This document shows, one piece after another, positions 12,801 to 27,800 of a stretch of DNA of 64,000 bases. Every line of letters begins with the position of its first letter. The first letter of the stretch is position 1. This DNA comes from Schmidtea polychroa. Its lineage: Eukaryota. The DNA lies in contig CM097888.1 in NCBI GenBank assembly GCA_044892525.1, positions 34,100,001 to 34,164,000 of the forward strand. The letters run 5' to 3'. The notes beneath the pieces are model-generated. The model was given only the letters and a program-made list of their open reading frames with translations. It made no database searches and was not told the origin of the DNA. A program made the position numbers and the translations under genes.

Positions 12801-15800
12801 TGATGATATGATGGTTGTTGAATAAACTGATTTTTCTGTTTCAAACATTTCGCTTTCATGCTTAATCTCTCGACACCATTCTCCACTATATTCAACATGC
12901 TCAATTACATTTTCTATGCTAATATCCTCTATTGTCGGCTTAGCGGTTGAAGTAGCAATATCTAGCATTGGAATCTCCCAACTTACACTCTCATTTTCGA
13001 TTAACAGTCTTTCTGATTCTTCATCCGGTTTCTGTATAGGAACTATTTCTTCGACAATTTCAACAGTTTCACATTCAACTGTGCAGCAACTCAATTCAAA
13101 CATCGACGACTCATCTATCACTTTCACTCCTACTGTCATTACATCGACTTCTACAGTTTCTATCATTTGATCTACTTGACTGTCTTCCATACTTATTGTA
13201 TATTCACTTGAACATTCTACAATCACACTTCTGAATTCTGATCCGACCTCGACTGCCTTAGAACCAACATGACTCCAACTTTCTTCAATTGATTTACATT
13301 CAAAACTGCTTTCACTATCAACTGTCTCACACATGAACTCAGTCATTGTTTCTTGGAATTTTCCTACAGCTTCATGACTTGTTAATGTATCAATGAATAC
13401 AATATGCTTTTCTCCGAATGTTTCGCTTCCTACTTCAATCAATTTACTCTCTACACTACTACCGAAGTCAACTGTGTCTTTGAGTTTTTCGAAAGAAACA
13501 TCTGCAATTTCACTATCTTTCACTGATTCACTACTCATATCTATAGCCTCTGCTTTATAGTCAGTTAACTTATTTGAAGCCTTTGTATCTTTTTCCAAGC
13601 TCGTATGTGTCAATTCGATTATTCCAGTTTCAGTTGCAATGTTTTCAGATTTGATCTAAACACGAGAAAACATTTCTTAAAAATGTCCAAAATGTTTTGT
13701 AGTTTTTTTAAACGATAATTTATTATTATAAAAAGTAATTAAAAGAAATGAATAAAAAATATGTTTAATGAAAATTTAATAAATATCATGATAAATGTAT
13801 CAAACATTGCTTTAGTGCTATAAATTGTAGGAAAAAAATTAATTTTATTTACCTCTATTTCACTGAAACATTCTTCCATTGTTGATTTCATTTCGTAGCC
13901 AGATTCCATGTTGCGAGTCTTTGTTTCTTCGAATTGTATTTCAACGGTGCAATATTTAATGTCTTCATCTGATGATATGATGGTTGTTGAATAAACTGAT
14001 TTTTCTGTTTCAAACATTTCGCTTTCATGCTTAATCTCTCGACACCATTCTCCACTATATTCAACATGCTCAATTACATTTTCTATGCTAATATCCTCTA
14101 TTGTCGGCTTAGCGGTTGAAGTAGCAATATCTAGCATTGGAATCTCCCAACTTACACTCTCATTTTCGATTAACAGTCTTTCTGATTCTTCATCCGGTTT
14201 CTGTATAGGAACTATTTCTTCGACAATTTCAACAGTTTCACATTCAACTGTGCAGCAACTCAATTCAAACATCGACGACTCATCTATCACTTTCACTCCT
14301 ACTGTCATTACATCGACTTCTACAGTTTCTATCATTTGATCTACTTGACTGTCTTCCATACTTATTGTATATTCACTTGAACATTCTACAATCACACTTC
14401 TGAATTCTGATCCGACCTCGACTGCCTTAGAACCAACATGACTCCAACTTTCTTCAATTGATTTACATTCAAAACTGCTTTCACTATCAACTGTCTCACA
14501 CATGAACTCAGTCATTGTTTCTTGGAATTTTCCTACAGCTTCATGACTAGTTAATGTATCAATGAATACAATATGCTTTTCTCCGAATGTTTCGCTTCCT
14601 ACTTCAATCAATTTACTCTCTACACTACTACCGAAGTCAACTGTGTCTTTGAGTTTTTCGAAAGAAACATCTGCAATTTCACTATCTTTCACTGATTCAC
14701 TACTCATATCTATAGCCTCTGCTTTATAGTCAGTTAACTTATTTGAAGCCTTTGTATCTTTTTCCAAGCTCGTATGTGTCAATTCGATTATTCCAGTTTC
14801 AGTTGCAATGTTTTCACATTTGATCTAAACACGAGAAAACATTTCTTAAAAATGTCCAAAATGTTTTGTAGTTTTTTTAAACGATAATTTATTATTATAA
14901 AAAGTAATTAAAAGAAATGAATAAAAAATATGTTTAATGAAAATTTAATAAATATCATGATAAATGTATCAAACATTGCTTTAGTGCTATAAATTGTAGA
15001 AAAAAATTAATTTTATTTACCTCTATTTCACTGAAACATTCTTCCATTGTTGATTTCATTTCGTAGCCAGATTCCATGTTGCGAGTCTTTGTTTCTTCGA
15101 ATTGTATTTCAACGGTGCAATATTTAATGTCTTCATCTGATGATATGATGGTTGTTGAATAAACTGATTTTTCTGTTTCAAACATTTCGCTTTCATGCTT
15201 AATCTCTCGACACCATTCTCCACTATATTCAACATGCTCAATTACATTTTCTATGCTAATATCCTCTATTGTCGGCTTAGCTGTTGAAGTAGCAATATCT
15301 AGCATTGGAATCTCCCAACTTACACTCTCATTTTCGATTAACAGTCTTTCTGATTCTTCATCCGGTTTCTGTATAGGAACTATTTCTTCGACAATTTCAA
15401 CAGTTTCACATTCAACTGTGCAGCAACTCAATTCAAACATCGACGACTCATCTATCACTTTCACTCCTACTGTCATTACACCGACTTCTACAGTTTCTAT
15501 CATTTGATCTACTTGACTGTCTTCCATACTTATTGTATATTCACTTGAACATTCTACAATCACACTTCTGAATTCTGATCCGACCTCGACTGCCTTAGAA
15601 CCAACATGACTCCAACTTTCTTCAATTGATTTACATTCAAAACTGCTTTCACTATCAACTGTCTCACACATGAACTCAGTCATTGTTTCTTGGAATTTTC
15701 CTACAGCTTCATGACTAGTTAATGTATCAATGAATACAATATGCTTTTCTCCGAATGTTTCGCTTCCTACTTCAATCAATTTACTCTCTACACTACTACC

Positions 15801-18800
15801 GAAGTCAACTGTGTCTTTGAGTTTTTCGAAAGAAACATCTGCAATTTCACTATCTTTCACTGATTCACTACTCATATCTATAGCCTCTGCTTTATAGTCA
15901 GTTAACTTATTTGAAGCCTTTGTATCTTTTTCCAAGCTCGTATGTGTCAATTCGATTATTCCAGTTTCAGTTGCAATGTTTTCAGATTTGATCTAAACAC
16001 GAGAAAACATTTCTTAAAAATGTCCAAAATGTTTTGTAGTTTTTTTAAACGATAATTTATTATTATAAAAAGTAATTAAAAGAAATGAATAAAAAATATG
16101 TTTAATGAAAATTTAATAAATATCATGATAAATGTATCAAACATTGCTTTAGTGCTATAAATTGTAGAAAAAAATTAATTTTATTTACCTCTATTTCACT
16201 GAAACATTCTTCCATTGTTGATTTCATTTCGTAGCCAGATTCCATGTTGCGAGTCTTTGTTTCTTCGAATTGTATTTCAACGGTGCAATATTTAATGTCT
16301 TCATCTGATGATATGATGGTTGTTGAATAAACTGATTTTTCTGTTTCAAACATTTCGCTTTCATGCTTAATCTCTCGACACCATTCTCCACTATATTCAA
16401 CATGCTCAATTACATTTTCTATGCTAATATCCTCTATTGTCGGCTTAGCGGTTGAAGTAGCAATATCTAGCATTGGAATCTCCCAACTTACACTCTCATT
16501 TTCGATTAACAGTCTTTCTGATTCTTCATCCGGTTTCTGTATAGGAACTATTTCTTCGACAATTTCAACAGTTTCACATTCAACTGTGCAGCAACTCAAT
16601 TCAAACATCGACGACTCATCTATCACTTTCACTCCTACTGTCATTACATCGACTTCTACAGTTTCTATCATTTGATCTACTTGACTGTCTTCCATACTTA
16701 TTGTATATTCACTTGAACATTCTACAATCACACTTCTGAATTCTGATCCGACCTCGACTGCCTTAGAACCAACATGACTCCAACTTTCTTCAATTGATTT
16801 ACATTCAAAACTGCTTTCACTATCAACTGTCTCACACATGAACTCAGTCATTGTTTCTTGGAATTTTCCTACAGCTTCATGACTAGTTAATGTATCAATG
16901 AATACAATATGCTTTTCTCCGAATGTTTCGCTTCCTACTTCAATCAATTTACTCTCTACACTACTACCGAAGTCAACTGTGTCTTTGAGTTTTTCGAAAG
17001 AAACATCTGCAATTTCACTATCTTTCACTGATTCACTACTCATATCTATAGCCTCTGCTTTATAGTCAGTTAACTTATTTGAAGCCTTTGTATCTTTTTC
17101 CAAGCTCGTATGTGTCAATTCGATTATTCCAGTTTCAGTTGCAATGTTTTCAGATTTGATCTAAACACGAGAAAACATTTCTTAAAAATGTCCAAAATGT
17201 TTTGTAGTTTTTTTAAACGATAATTTATTATTATAAAAAGTAATTAAAAGAAATGAATAAAAAATATGTTTAATGAAAATTTAATAAATATCATGATAAA
17301 TGTATCAAACATTGCTTTAGTGCTATAAATTGTAGAAAAAAATTAATTTTATTTACCTCTATTTCACTGAAACATTCTTCCATTGTTGATTTCATTTCGT
17401 AGCCAGATTCCATGTTGCGAGTCTTTGTTTCTTCGAATTGTATTTCAACGGTGCAATATTTAATGTCTTCATCTGATGATATGATGGTTGTTGAATAAAC
17501 TGATTTTTCTGTTTCAAACATTTCGCTTTCATGCTTAATCTCTCGACACCATTCTCCACTATATTCAACATGCTCAATTACATTTTCTATGCTAATATCC
17601 TCTATTGTCGGCTTAGCGGTTGAAGTAGCAATATCTAGCATTGGAATCTCCCAACTTACACTCTCATTTTCGATTAACAGTCTTTCTGATTCTTCATCCG
17701 GTTTCTGTATAGGAACTATTTCTTCGACAATTTCAACAGTTTCACATTCAACTGTGCAGCAACTCAATTCAAACATCGACGACTCATCTATCACTTTCAC
17801 TCCTACTGTCATTACATCGACTTCTACAGTTTCTATCATTTGATCTACTTGACTGTCTTCCATACTTATTGTATATTCACTTGAACATTCTACAATCACA
17901 CTTCTGAATTCTGATCCGACCTCGACTGCCTTAGAACCAACATGACTCCAACTTTCTTCAATTGATTTACATTCAAAACTGCTTTCACTATCAACTGTCT
18001 CACACATGAACTCAGTCATTGTTTCTTGGAATTTTCCTACAGCTTCATGACTAGTTAATGTATCAATGAATACAATATGCTTTTCTCCGAATGTTTCGCT
18101 TCCTACTTCAATCAATTTACTCTCTACACTACTACCGAAGTCAACGGTGTCTTTGAGTTTTTCGAAAGAAACATCTGCAATTTCACTATCTTTCACTGAT
18201 TCACTACTCATATCTATAGCCTCTGCTTTATAGTCAGTTAACTTATTTGAAGCCTTTGTATCTTTTTCCAAGCTCGTATGTGTCAATTCGATTATTCCAG
18301 TTTCAGTTGCAATGTTTTCAGATTTGATCTAAACACGAGAAAACATTTCATAAAAATGTCCAAAATGTTTTGTAGTTTTTTTAAACGATAATTTATTATT
18401 ATAAAAAGTAATTAAAAGAAATGAATAAAAAATATGTTTAATGAAAATTTAATAAATATCATGATAAATGTATCAAACATTGCTTTAGTGCTATAAATTG
18501 TAGAAAAAAATTAATTTTATTTACCTCTATTTCACTGAAACATTCTTCCATTGTTGATTTCATTTCGTAGCCAGATTCCATGTTGCGAGTCTTTGTTTCT
18601 TCGAATTGTATTTCAACGGTGCAATATTTAATGTCTTCATCTGATGATATGATGGTTGTTGAATAAACTGATTTTTCTGTTTCAAACATTTCGCTTTCAT
18701 GCTTAATCTCTCGACACCATTCTCCACTATATTCAACATGCTCAATTACATTTTCTATGCTAATATCCTCTATTGTCGGCTTAGCTGTTGAAGTAGCAAT

Positions 18801-21800
18801 ATCTAGCATTGGAATCTCCCAACTTACACTCTCATTTTCGATTAACAGTCTTTCTGATTCTTCATCCGGTTTCTGTATAGGAACTATTTCTTCGACAATT
18901 TCAACAGTTTCACATTCAACTGTGCAGCAACTCAATTCAAACATCGACGACTCATCTATCACTTTCACTCCTACTGTCATTACACCGACTTCTACAGTTT
19001 CTATCATTTGATCTACTTGACTGTCTTCCATACTTATTGTATATTCACTTGAACATTCTACAATCACACTTCTGAATTCTGATCCGACCTCGACTGCCTT
19101 AGAACCAACATGACTCCAACTTTCTTCAATTGATTTACATTCAAAACTGCTTTCACTATCAACTGTCTCACACATGAACTCAGTCATTGTTTCTTGGAAT
19201 TTTCCTACAGCTTCATGACTTGTTAATGTATCAATGAATACAATATGCTTTTCTCCGAATGTTTCGCTTCCTACTTCAATCAATTTACTCTCTACACTAC
19301 TACCGAAGTCAACTGTGTCTTTGAGTTTTTCGAAAGAAACATCTGCAATTTCACTATCTTTCACTGATTCACTACTCATATCTATAGCCTCTGCTTTATA
19401 GTCAGTTAACTTATTTGAAGCCTTTGTATCTTTTTCCAAGCTCGTATGTGTCAATTCGATTATTCCAGTTTCAGTTGCAATGTTTTCAGATTTGATCTAA
19501 ACACGAGAAAACATTTCTTAAAAATGTCCAAAATGTTTTGTAGTTTTTTAAAACGATAATTTATTATTATAAAAAGTAATTAAAAGAAATGAATAAAAAA
19601 TATGTTTAATGAAAATTTAATAAATATCATGATAAATGTATCAAACATTGCTTTAGTGCTATAAATTGTAGAAAAAAATTAATTTTATTTACCTCTATTT
19701 CACTGAAACATTCTTCCATTGTTGATTTCATTTCGTAGCCAGATTCCATGTTGCGAGTCTTTGTTTCTTCGAATTGTATTTCAACGGTGCAATATTTAAT
19801 GTCTTCATCTGATGATATGATGGTTGTTGAATAAACTGATTTTTCTGTTTCAAACATTTCGCTTTCATGCTTAATCTCTCGACACCATTCTCCACTATAT
19901 TCAACATGCTCAATTACATTTTCTATGCTAATATCCTCTATTGTCGGCTTAGCTGTTGAAGTAGCAATATCTAGCATTGGAATCTCCCAACTTACACTCT
20001 CATTTTCGATTAACAGTCTTTCTGATTCTTCATCCGGTTTCTGTATAGGAACTATTTCTTCGACAATTTCAACAGTTTCACATTCAACTGTGCAGCAACT
20101 CAATTCAAACATCGACGACTCATCTATCACTTTCACTCCTACTGTCATTACACCGACTTCTACAGTTTCTATCATTTGATCTACTTGACTGTCTTCCATA
20201 CTTATTGTATATTCACTTGAACATTCTACAATCACACTTCTGAATTCTGATCCGACCTCGACTGCCTTAGAACCAACATGACTCCAACTTTCTTCAATTG
20301 ATTTACATTCAAAACTGCTTTCACTATCAACTGTCTCACACATGAACTCAGTCATTGTTTCTTGGAATTTTCCTACAGCTTCATGACTTGTTAATGTATC
20401 AATGAATACAATATGCTTTTCTCCGAATGTTTCGCTTCCTACTTCAATCAATTTACTCTCTACACTACTACCGAAGTCAACTGTGTCTTTGAGTTTTTCG
20501 AAAGAAACATCTGCAATTTCACTATCTTTCACTGATTCACTACTCATATCTATAGCCTCTGCTTTATAGTCAGTTAACTTATTTGAAGCCTTTGTATCTT
20601 TTTCCAAGCTCGTATGTGTCAATTCGATTATTCCAGTTTCAGTTGCAATGTTTTCAGATTTGATCTAAACACGAGAAAACATTTCTTAAAAATGTCCAAA
20701 ATGTTTTGTAGTTTTTTAAAACGATAATTTATTATTATAAAAAGTAATTAAAAGAAATGAATAAAAAATATGTTTAATGAAAATTTAATAAATATCATGA
20801 TAAATGTATCAAACATTGCTTTAGTGCTATAAATTGTAGAAAAAAATTAATTTTATTTACCTCTATTTCACTGAAACATTCTTCCATTGTTGATTTCATT
20901 TCGTAGCCAGATTCCATGTTGCGAGTCTTTGTTTCTTCGAATTGTATTTCAACGGTGCAATATTTAATGTCTTCATCTGATGATATGATGGTTGTTGAAT
21001 AAACTGATTTTTCTGTTTCAAACATTTCGCTTTCATGCTTAATCTCTCGACACCATTCTCCACTATATTCAACATGCTCAATTACATTTTCTATGCTAAT
21101 ATCCTCTATTGTCGGCTTAGCGGTTGAAGTAGCAATATCTAGCATTGGAATCTCCCAACTTACACTCTCATTTTCGATTAACAGTCTTTCTGATTCTTCA
21201 TCCGGTTTCTGTATAGGAACTATTTCTTCGACAATTTCAACAGTTTCACATTCAACTGTGCAGCAACTCAATTCAAACATCGACGACTCATCTATCACTT
21301 TCACTCCTACTGTCATTACACCGACTTCTACAGTTTCTATCATTTGATCTACTTGACTGTCTTCCATACTTATTGTATATTCACTTGAACATTCTACAAT
21401 CACACTTCTGAATTCTGATCCGACCTCGACTGCCTTAGAACCAACATGACTCCAACTTTCTTCAATTGATTTACATTCAAAACTGCTTTCACTATCAACT
21501 GTCTCACACATGAACTCAGTCATTGTTTCTTGGAATTTTCCTACAGCTTCATGACTTGTTAATGTATCAATGAATACAATATGCTTTTCTCCGAATGTTT
21601 CGCTTCCTACTTCAATCAATTTACTCTCTACACTACTACCGAAGTCAACTGTGTCTTTGAGTTTTTCGAAAGAAACATCTGCAATTTCACTATCTTTCAC
21701 TGATTCACTACTCATATCTATAGCCTCTGCTTTATAGTCAGTTAACTTATTTGAAGCCTTTGTATCTTTTTCCAAGCTCGTATGTGTCAATTCGATTATT

Positions 21801-24800
21801 CCAGTTTCAGTTGCAATGTTTTCAGATTTGATCTAAACACGAGAAAACATTTCTTAAAAATGTCCAAAATGTTTTGTAGTTTTTTTAAACGATAATTTAT
21901 TATTATAAAAAGTAATTAAAAGAAATGAATAAAAAATATGTTTAATGAAAATTTAATAAATATCATGATAAATGTATCAAACATTGCTTTAGTGCTATAA
22001 ATTGTAGAAAAAAATTAATTTTATTTACCTCTATTTCACTGAAACATTCTTCCATTGTTGATTTCATTTCGTAGCCAGATTCCATGTTGTGAGTCTTTGT
22101 TTCTTCGAATTGTATTTCAACGGTGCAATATTTAATGTCTTCATCTGATGATATGATGGTTGTTGAATAAACTGATTTTTCTGTTTCAAACATTTCGCTT
22201 TCATGCTTAATCTCTCGACACCATTCTCCACTATATTCAACATGCTCAATTACATTTTCTATGCTAATATCCTCTATTGTCGGCTTAGCTGTTGAAGTAG
22301 CAATATCTAGCATTGGAATCTCCCAACTTACACTCTCATTTTCGATTAACAGTCTTTCTGATTCTTCATCCGGTTTCTGTATAGGAACTATTTCTTCGAC
22401 AATTTCAACAGTTTCACATCCAACTGTGCAGCAACTCAATTCAAACATCGACGACTCATCTATCACTTTCACTCCTACTGTCATTACACCGACTTCTACA
22501 GTTTCTATCATTTGATCTACTTGACTGTCTTCCATACTTATTGTATATTCACTTGAACATTCTACAATCACACTTCTGAATTCTGATCCGACCTCGACTG
22601 CCTTAGAACCAACATGACTCCAACTTTCTTCAATTGATTTACATTCAAAACTGCTTTCACTATCAACTGTCTCACACATGAACTCAGTCATTGTTTCTTG
22701 GAATTTTCCTACAGCTTCATGACTTGTTAATGTATCAATGAATACAATATGCTTTTCTCCGAATGTTTCGCTTCCTACTTCAATCAATTTACTCTCTACA
22801 CTACTACCGAAGTCAACTGTGTCTTTGAGTTTTTCGAAAGAAACATCTGCAATTTCACTATCTTTCACTGATTCACTACTCATATCTATAGCCTCTGCTT
22901 TATAGTCAGTTAACTTATTTGAAGCCTTTGTATCTTTTTCCAAGCTCGTATGTGTCAATTCGATTATTCCAGTTTCAGTTGCAATGTTTTCAGATTTGAT
23001 CTAAACACGAGAAAACATTTCTTAAAAATGTCCAAAATGTTTTGTAGTTTTTTTAAACGATAATTTATTATTATAAAAAGTAATTAAAAGAAATGAATAA
23101 AAAATATGTTTAATGAAAATTTAATAAATATCATGATAAATGTATCAAACATTGCTTTAGTGCTATAAATTGTAGAAAAAAATTAATTTTATTTACCTCT
23201 ATTTCACTGAAACATTCTTCCATTGTTGATTTCATTTCGTAGCCAGATTCCATGTTGTGAGTCTTTGTTTCTTCGAATTGTATTTCAACGGTGCAATATT
23301 TAATGTCTTCATCTGATGATATGATGGTTGTTGAATAAACTGATTTTTCTGTTTCAAACATTTCGCTTTCATGCTTAATCTCTCGACACCATTCTCCACT
23401 ATATTCAACATGCTCAATTACATTTTCTATGCTAATATCCTCTATTGTCGGCTTAGCTGTTGAAGTAGCAATATCTAGCATTGGAATCTCCCAACTTACA
23501 CTCTCATTTTCGATTAACAGTCTTTCTGATTCTTCATCCGGTTTCTGTATAGGAACTATTTCTTCGACAATTTCAACAGTTTCACATTCAACTGTGCAGC
23601 AACTCAATTCAAACATCGACGACTCATCTATCACTTTCACTCCTACTGTCATTACACCGACTTCTACAGTTTCTATCATTTGATCTACTTGACTGTCTTC
23701 CATACTTATTGTATATTCACTTGAACATTCTACAATCACACTTCTGAATTCTGATCCGACCTCGACTGCCTTAGAACCAACATGACTCCAACTTTCTTCA
23801 ATTGATTTACATTCAAAACTGCTTTCACTATCAACTGTCTCACACATGAACTCAGTCATTGTTTCTTGGAATTTTCCTACAGCTTCATGACTTGTTAATG
23901 TATCAATGAATACAATATGCTTTTCTCCGAATGTTTCGCTTCCTACTTCAATCAATTTACTCTCTACACTACTACCGAAGTCAACTGTGTCTTTGAGTTT
24001 TTCGAAAGAAACATCTGCAATTTCACTATCTTTCACTGATTCACTACTCATATCTATAGCCTCTGCTTTATAGTCAGTTAACTTATTTGAAGCCTTTGTA
24101 TCTTTTTCCAAGCTCGTATGTGTCAATTCGATTATTCCAGTTTCAGTTGCAATGTTTTCAGATTTGATCTAAACACGAGAAAACATTTCTTAAAAATGTC
24201 CAAAATGTTTTGTAGTTTTTTTAAACGATAATTTATTATTATAAAAAGTAATTAAAAGAAATGAATAAAAAATATGTTTAATGAAAATTTAATAAATATC
24301 ATGATAAATGTATCAAACATTGCTTTAGTGCTATAAATTGTAGAAAAAAATTAATTTTATTTACCTCTATTTCACTGAAACATTCTTCCATTGTTGATTT
24401 CATTTCGTAGCCAGATTCCATGTTGTGAGTCTTTGTTTCTTCGAATTGTATTTCAACGGTGCAATATTTAATGTCTTCATCTGATGATATGATGGTTGTT
24501 GAATAAACTGATTTTTCTGTTTCAAACATTTCGCTTTCATGCTTAATCTCTCGACACCATTCTCCACTATATTCAACATGCTCAATTACATTTTCTATGC
24601 TAATATCCTCTATTGTCGGCTTAGCTGTTGAAGTAGCAATATCTAGCATTGGAATCTCCCAACTTACACTCTCATTTTCGATTAACAGTCTTTCTGATTC
24701 TTCATCCGGTTTCTGTATAGGAACTATTTCTTCGACAATTTCAACAGTTTCACATTCAACTGTGCAGCAACTCAATTCAAACATCGACGACTCATCTATC

Positions 24801-27800
24801 ACTTTCACTCCTACTGTCATTACACCGACTTCTACAGTTTCTATCATTTGATCTACTTGACTGTCTTCCATACTTATTGTATATTCACTTGAACATTCTA
24901 CAATCACACTTCTGAATTCTGATCCGACCTCGACTGCCTTAGAACCAACATGACTCCAACTTTCTTCAATTGATTTACATTCAAAACTGCTTTCACTATC
25001 AACTGTCTCACACATGAACTCAGTCATTGTTTCTTGGAATTTTCCTACAGCTTCATGACTTGTTAATGTATCAATGAATACAATATGCTTTTCTCCGAAT
25101 GTTTCGCTTCCTACTTCAATCAATTTACTCTCTACACTACTACCGAAGTCAACTGTGTCTTTGAGTTTTTCGAAAGAAACATCTGCAATTTCACTATCTT
25201 TCACTGATTCACTACTCATATCTATAGCCTCTGCTTTATAGTCAGTTAACTTATTTGAAGCCTTTGTATCTTTTTCCAAGCTCGTATGTGTCAATTCGAT
25301 TATTCCAGTTTCAGTTGCAATGTTTTCAGATTTGATCTAAACACGAGAAAACATTTCTTAAAAATGTCCAAAATGTTTTGTAGTTTTTTTAAACGATAAT
25401 TTATTATTATAAAAAGTAATTAAAAGAAATGAATAAAAAATATGTTTAATGAAAATTTAATAAATATCATGATAAATGTATCAAACATTGCTTTAGTGCT
25501 ATAAATTGTAGAAAAAAATTAATTTTATTTACCTCTATTTCACTGAAACATTCTTCCATTGTTGATTTCATTTCGTAGCCAGATTCCATGTTGTGAGTCT
25601 TTGTTTCTTCGAATTGTATTTCAACGGTGCAATATTTAATGTCTTCATCTGATGATATGATGGTTGTTGAATAAACTGATTTTTCTGTTTCAAACATTTC
25701 GCTTTCATGCTTAATCTCTCGACACCATTCTCCACTATATTCAACATGCTCAATTACATTTTCTATGCTAATATCCTCTATTGTCGGCTTAGCTGTTGAA
25801 GTAGCAATATCTAGCATTGGAATCTCCCAACTTACACTCTCATTTTCGATTAACAGTCTTTCTGATTCTTCATCCGGTTTCTGTATAGGAACTATTTCTT
25901 CGACAATTTCAACAGTTTCACATTCAACTGTGCAGCAACTCAATTCAAACATCGACGACTCATCTATCACTTTCACTCCTACTGTCATTACACCGACTTC
26001 TACAGTTTCTATCATTTGATCTACTTGACTGTCTTCCATACTTATTGTATATTCACTTGAACATTCTACAATCACACTTCTGAATTCTGATCCGACCTCG
26101 ACTGCCTTAGAACCAACATGACTCCAACTTTCTTCAATTGATTTACATTCAAAACTGCTTTCACTATCAACTGTCTCACACATGAACTCAGTCATTGTTT
26201 CTTGGAATTTTCCTACAGCTTCATGACTAGTTAATGTATCAATGAATACAATATGCTTTTCTCCGAATGTTTCGCTTCCTACTTCAATCAATTTACTCTC
26301 TACACTACTACCGAAGTCAACTGTGTCTTTGAGTTTTTCGAAAGAAACATCTGCAATTTCACTATCTTTCACTGATTCACTACTCATATCTATAGCCTCT
26401 GCTTTATAGTCAGTTAACTTATTTGAAGCCTTTGTATCTTTTTCCAAGCTCGTATGTGTCAATTCGATTATTCCAGTTTCAGTTGCAATGTTTTCAGATT
26501 TGATCTAAACACGAGAAAACATTTCTTAAAAATGTCCAAAATGTTTTGTAGTTTTTTTAAACGATAATTTATTATTATAAAAAGTAATTAAAAGAAATGA
26601 ATAAAAAATATGTTTAATGAAAATTTAATAAATATCATGATAAATGTATCAAACATTGCTTTAGTGCTATAAATTGTAGAAAAAAATTAATTTTATTTAC
26701 CTCTATTTCACTGAAACATTCTTCCATTGTTGATTTCATTTCGTAGCCAGATTCCATGTTGCGAGTCTTTGTTTCTTCGAATTGTATTTCAACGGTGCAA
26801 TATTTAATGTCTTCATCTGATGATATGATGGTTGTTGAATAAACTGATTTTTCTGTTTCAAACATTTCGCTTTCATGCTTAATCTCTCGACACCATTCTC
26901 CACTATATTCAACATGCTCAATTACATTTTCTATGCTAATATCCTCTATTGTCGGCTTAGCGGTTGAAGTAGCAATATCTAGCATTGGAATCTCCCAACT
27001 TACACTCTCATTTTCGATTAACAGTCTTTCTGATTCTTCATCCGGTTTCTGTATAGGAACTATTTCTTCGACAATTTCAACAGTTTCACATTCAACTGTG
27101 CAGCAACTCAATTCAAACATCGACGACTCATCTATCACTTTCACTCCTACTGTCATTACACCGACTTCTACAGTTTCTATCATTTGATCTACTTGACTGT
27201 CTTCCATACTTATTGTATATTCACTTGAACATTCTACAATCACACTTCTGAATTCTGATCCGACCTCGACTGCCTTAGAACCAACATGACTCCAACTTTC
27301 TTCAATTGATTTACATTCAAAACTGCTTTCACTATCAACTGTCTCACACATGAACTCAGTCATTGTTTCTTGGAATTTTCCTACAGCTTCATGACTTGTT
27401 AATGTATCAATGAATACAATATGCTTTTCTCCGAATGTTTCGCTTCCTACTTCAATCAATTTACTCTCTACACTACTACCGAAGTCAACTGTGTCTTTGA
27501 GTTTTTCGAAAGAAACATCTGCAATTTCACTATCTTTCACTGATTCACTACTCATATCTATAGCCTCTGCTTTATAGTCAGTTAACTTATTTGAAGCCTT
27601 TGTATCTTTTTCCAAGCTCGTATGTGTCAATTCGATTATTCCAGTTTCAGTTGCAATGTTTTCAGATTTGATCTAAACACGAGAAAACATTTCTTAAAAA
27701 TGTCCAAAATGTTTTGTAGTTTTTTTAAACGATAATTTATTATTATAAAAAGTAATTAAAAGAAATGAATAAAAAATATGTTTAATGAAAATTTAATAAA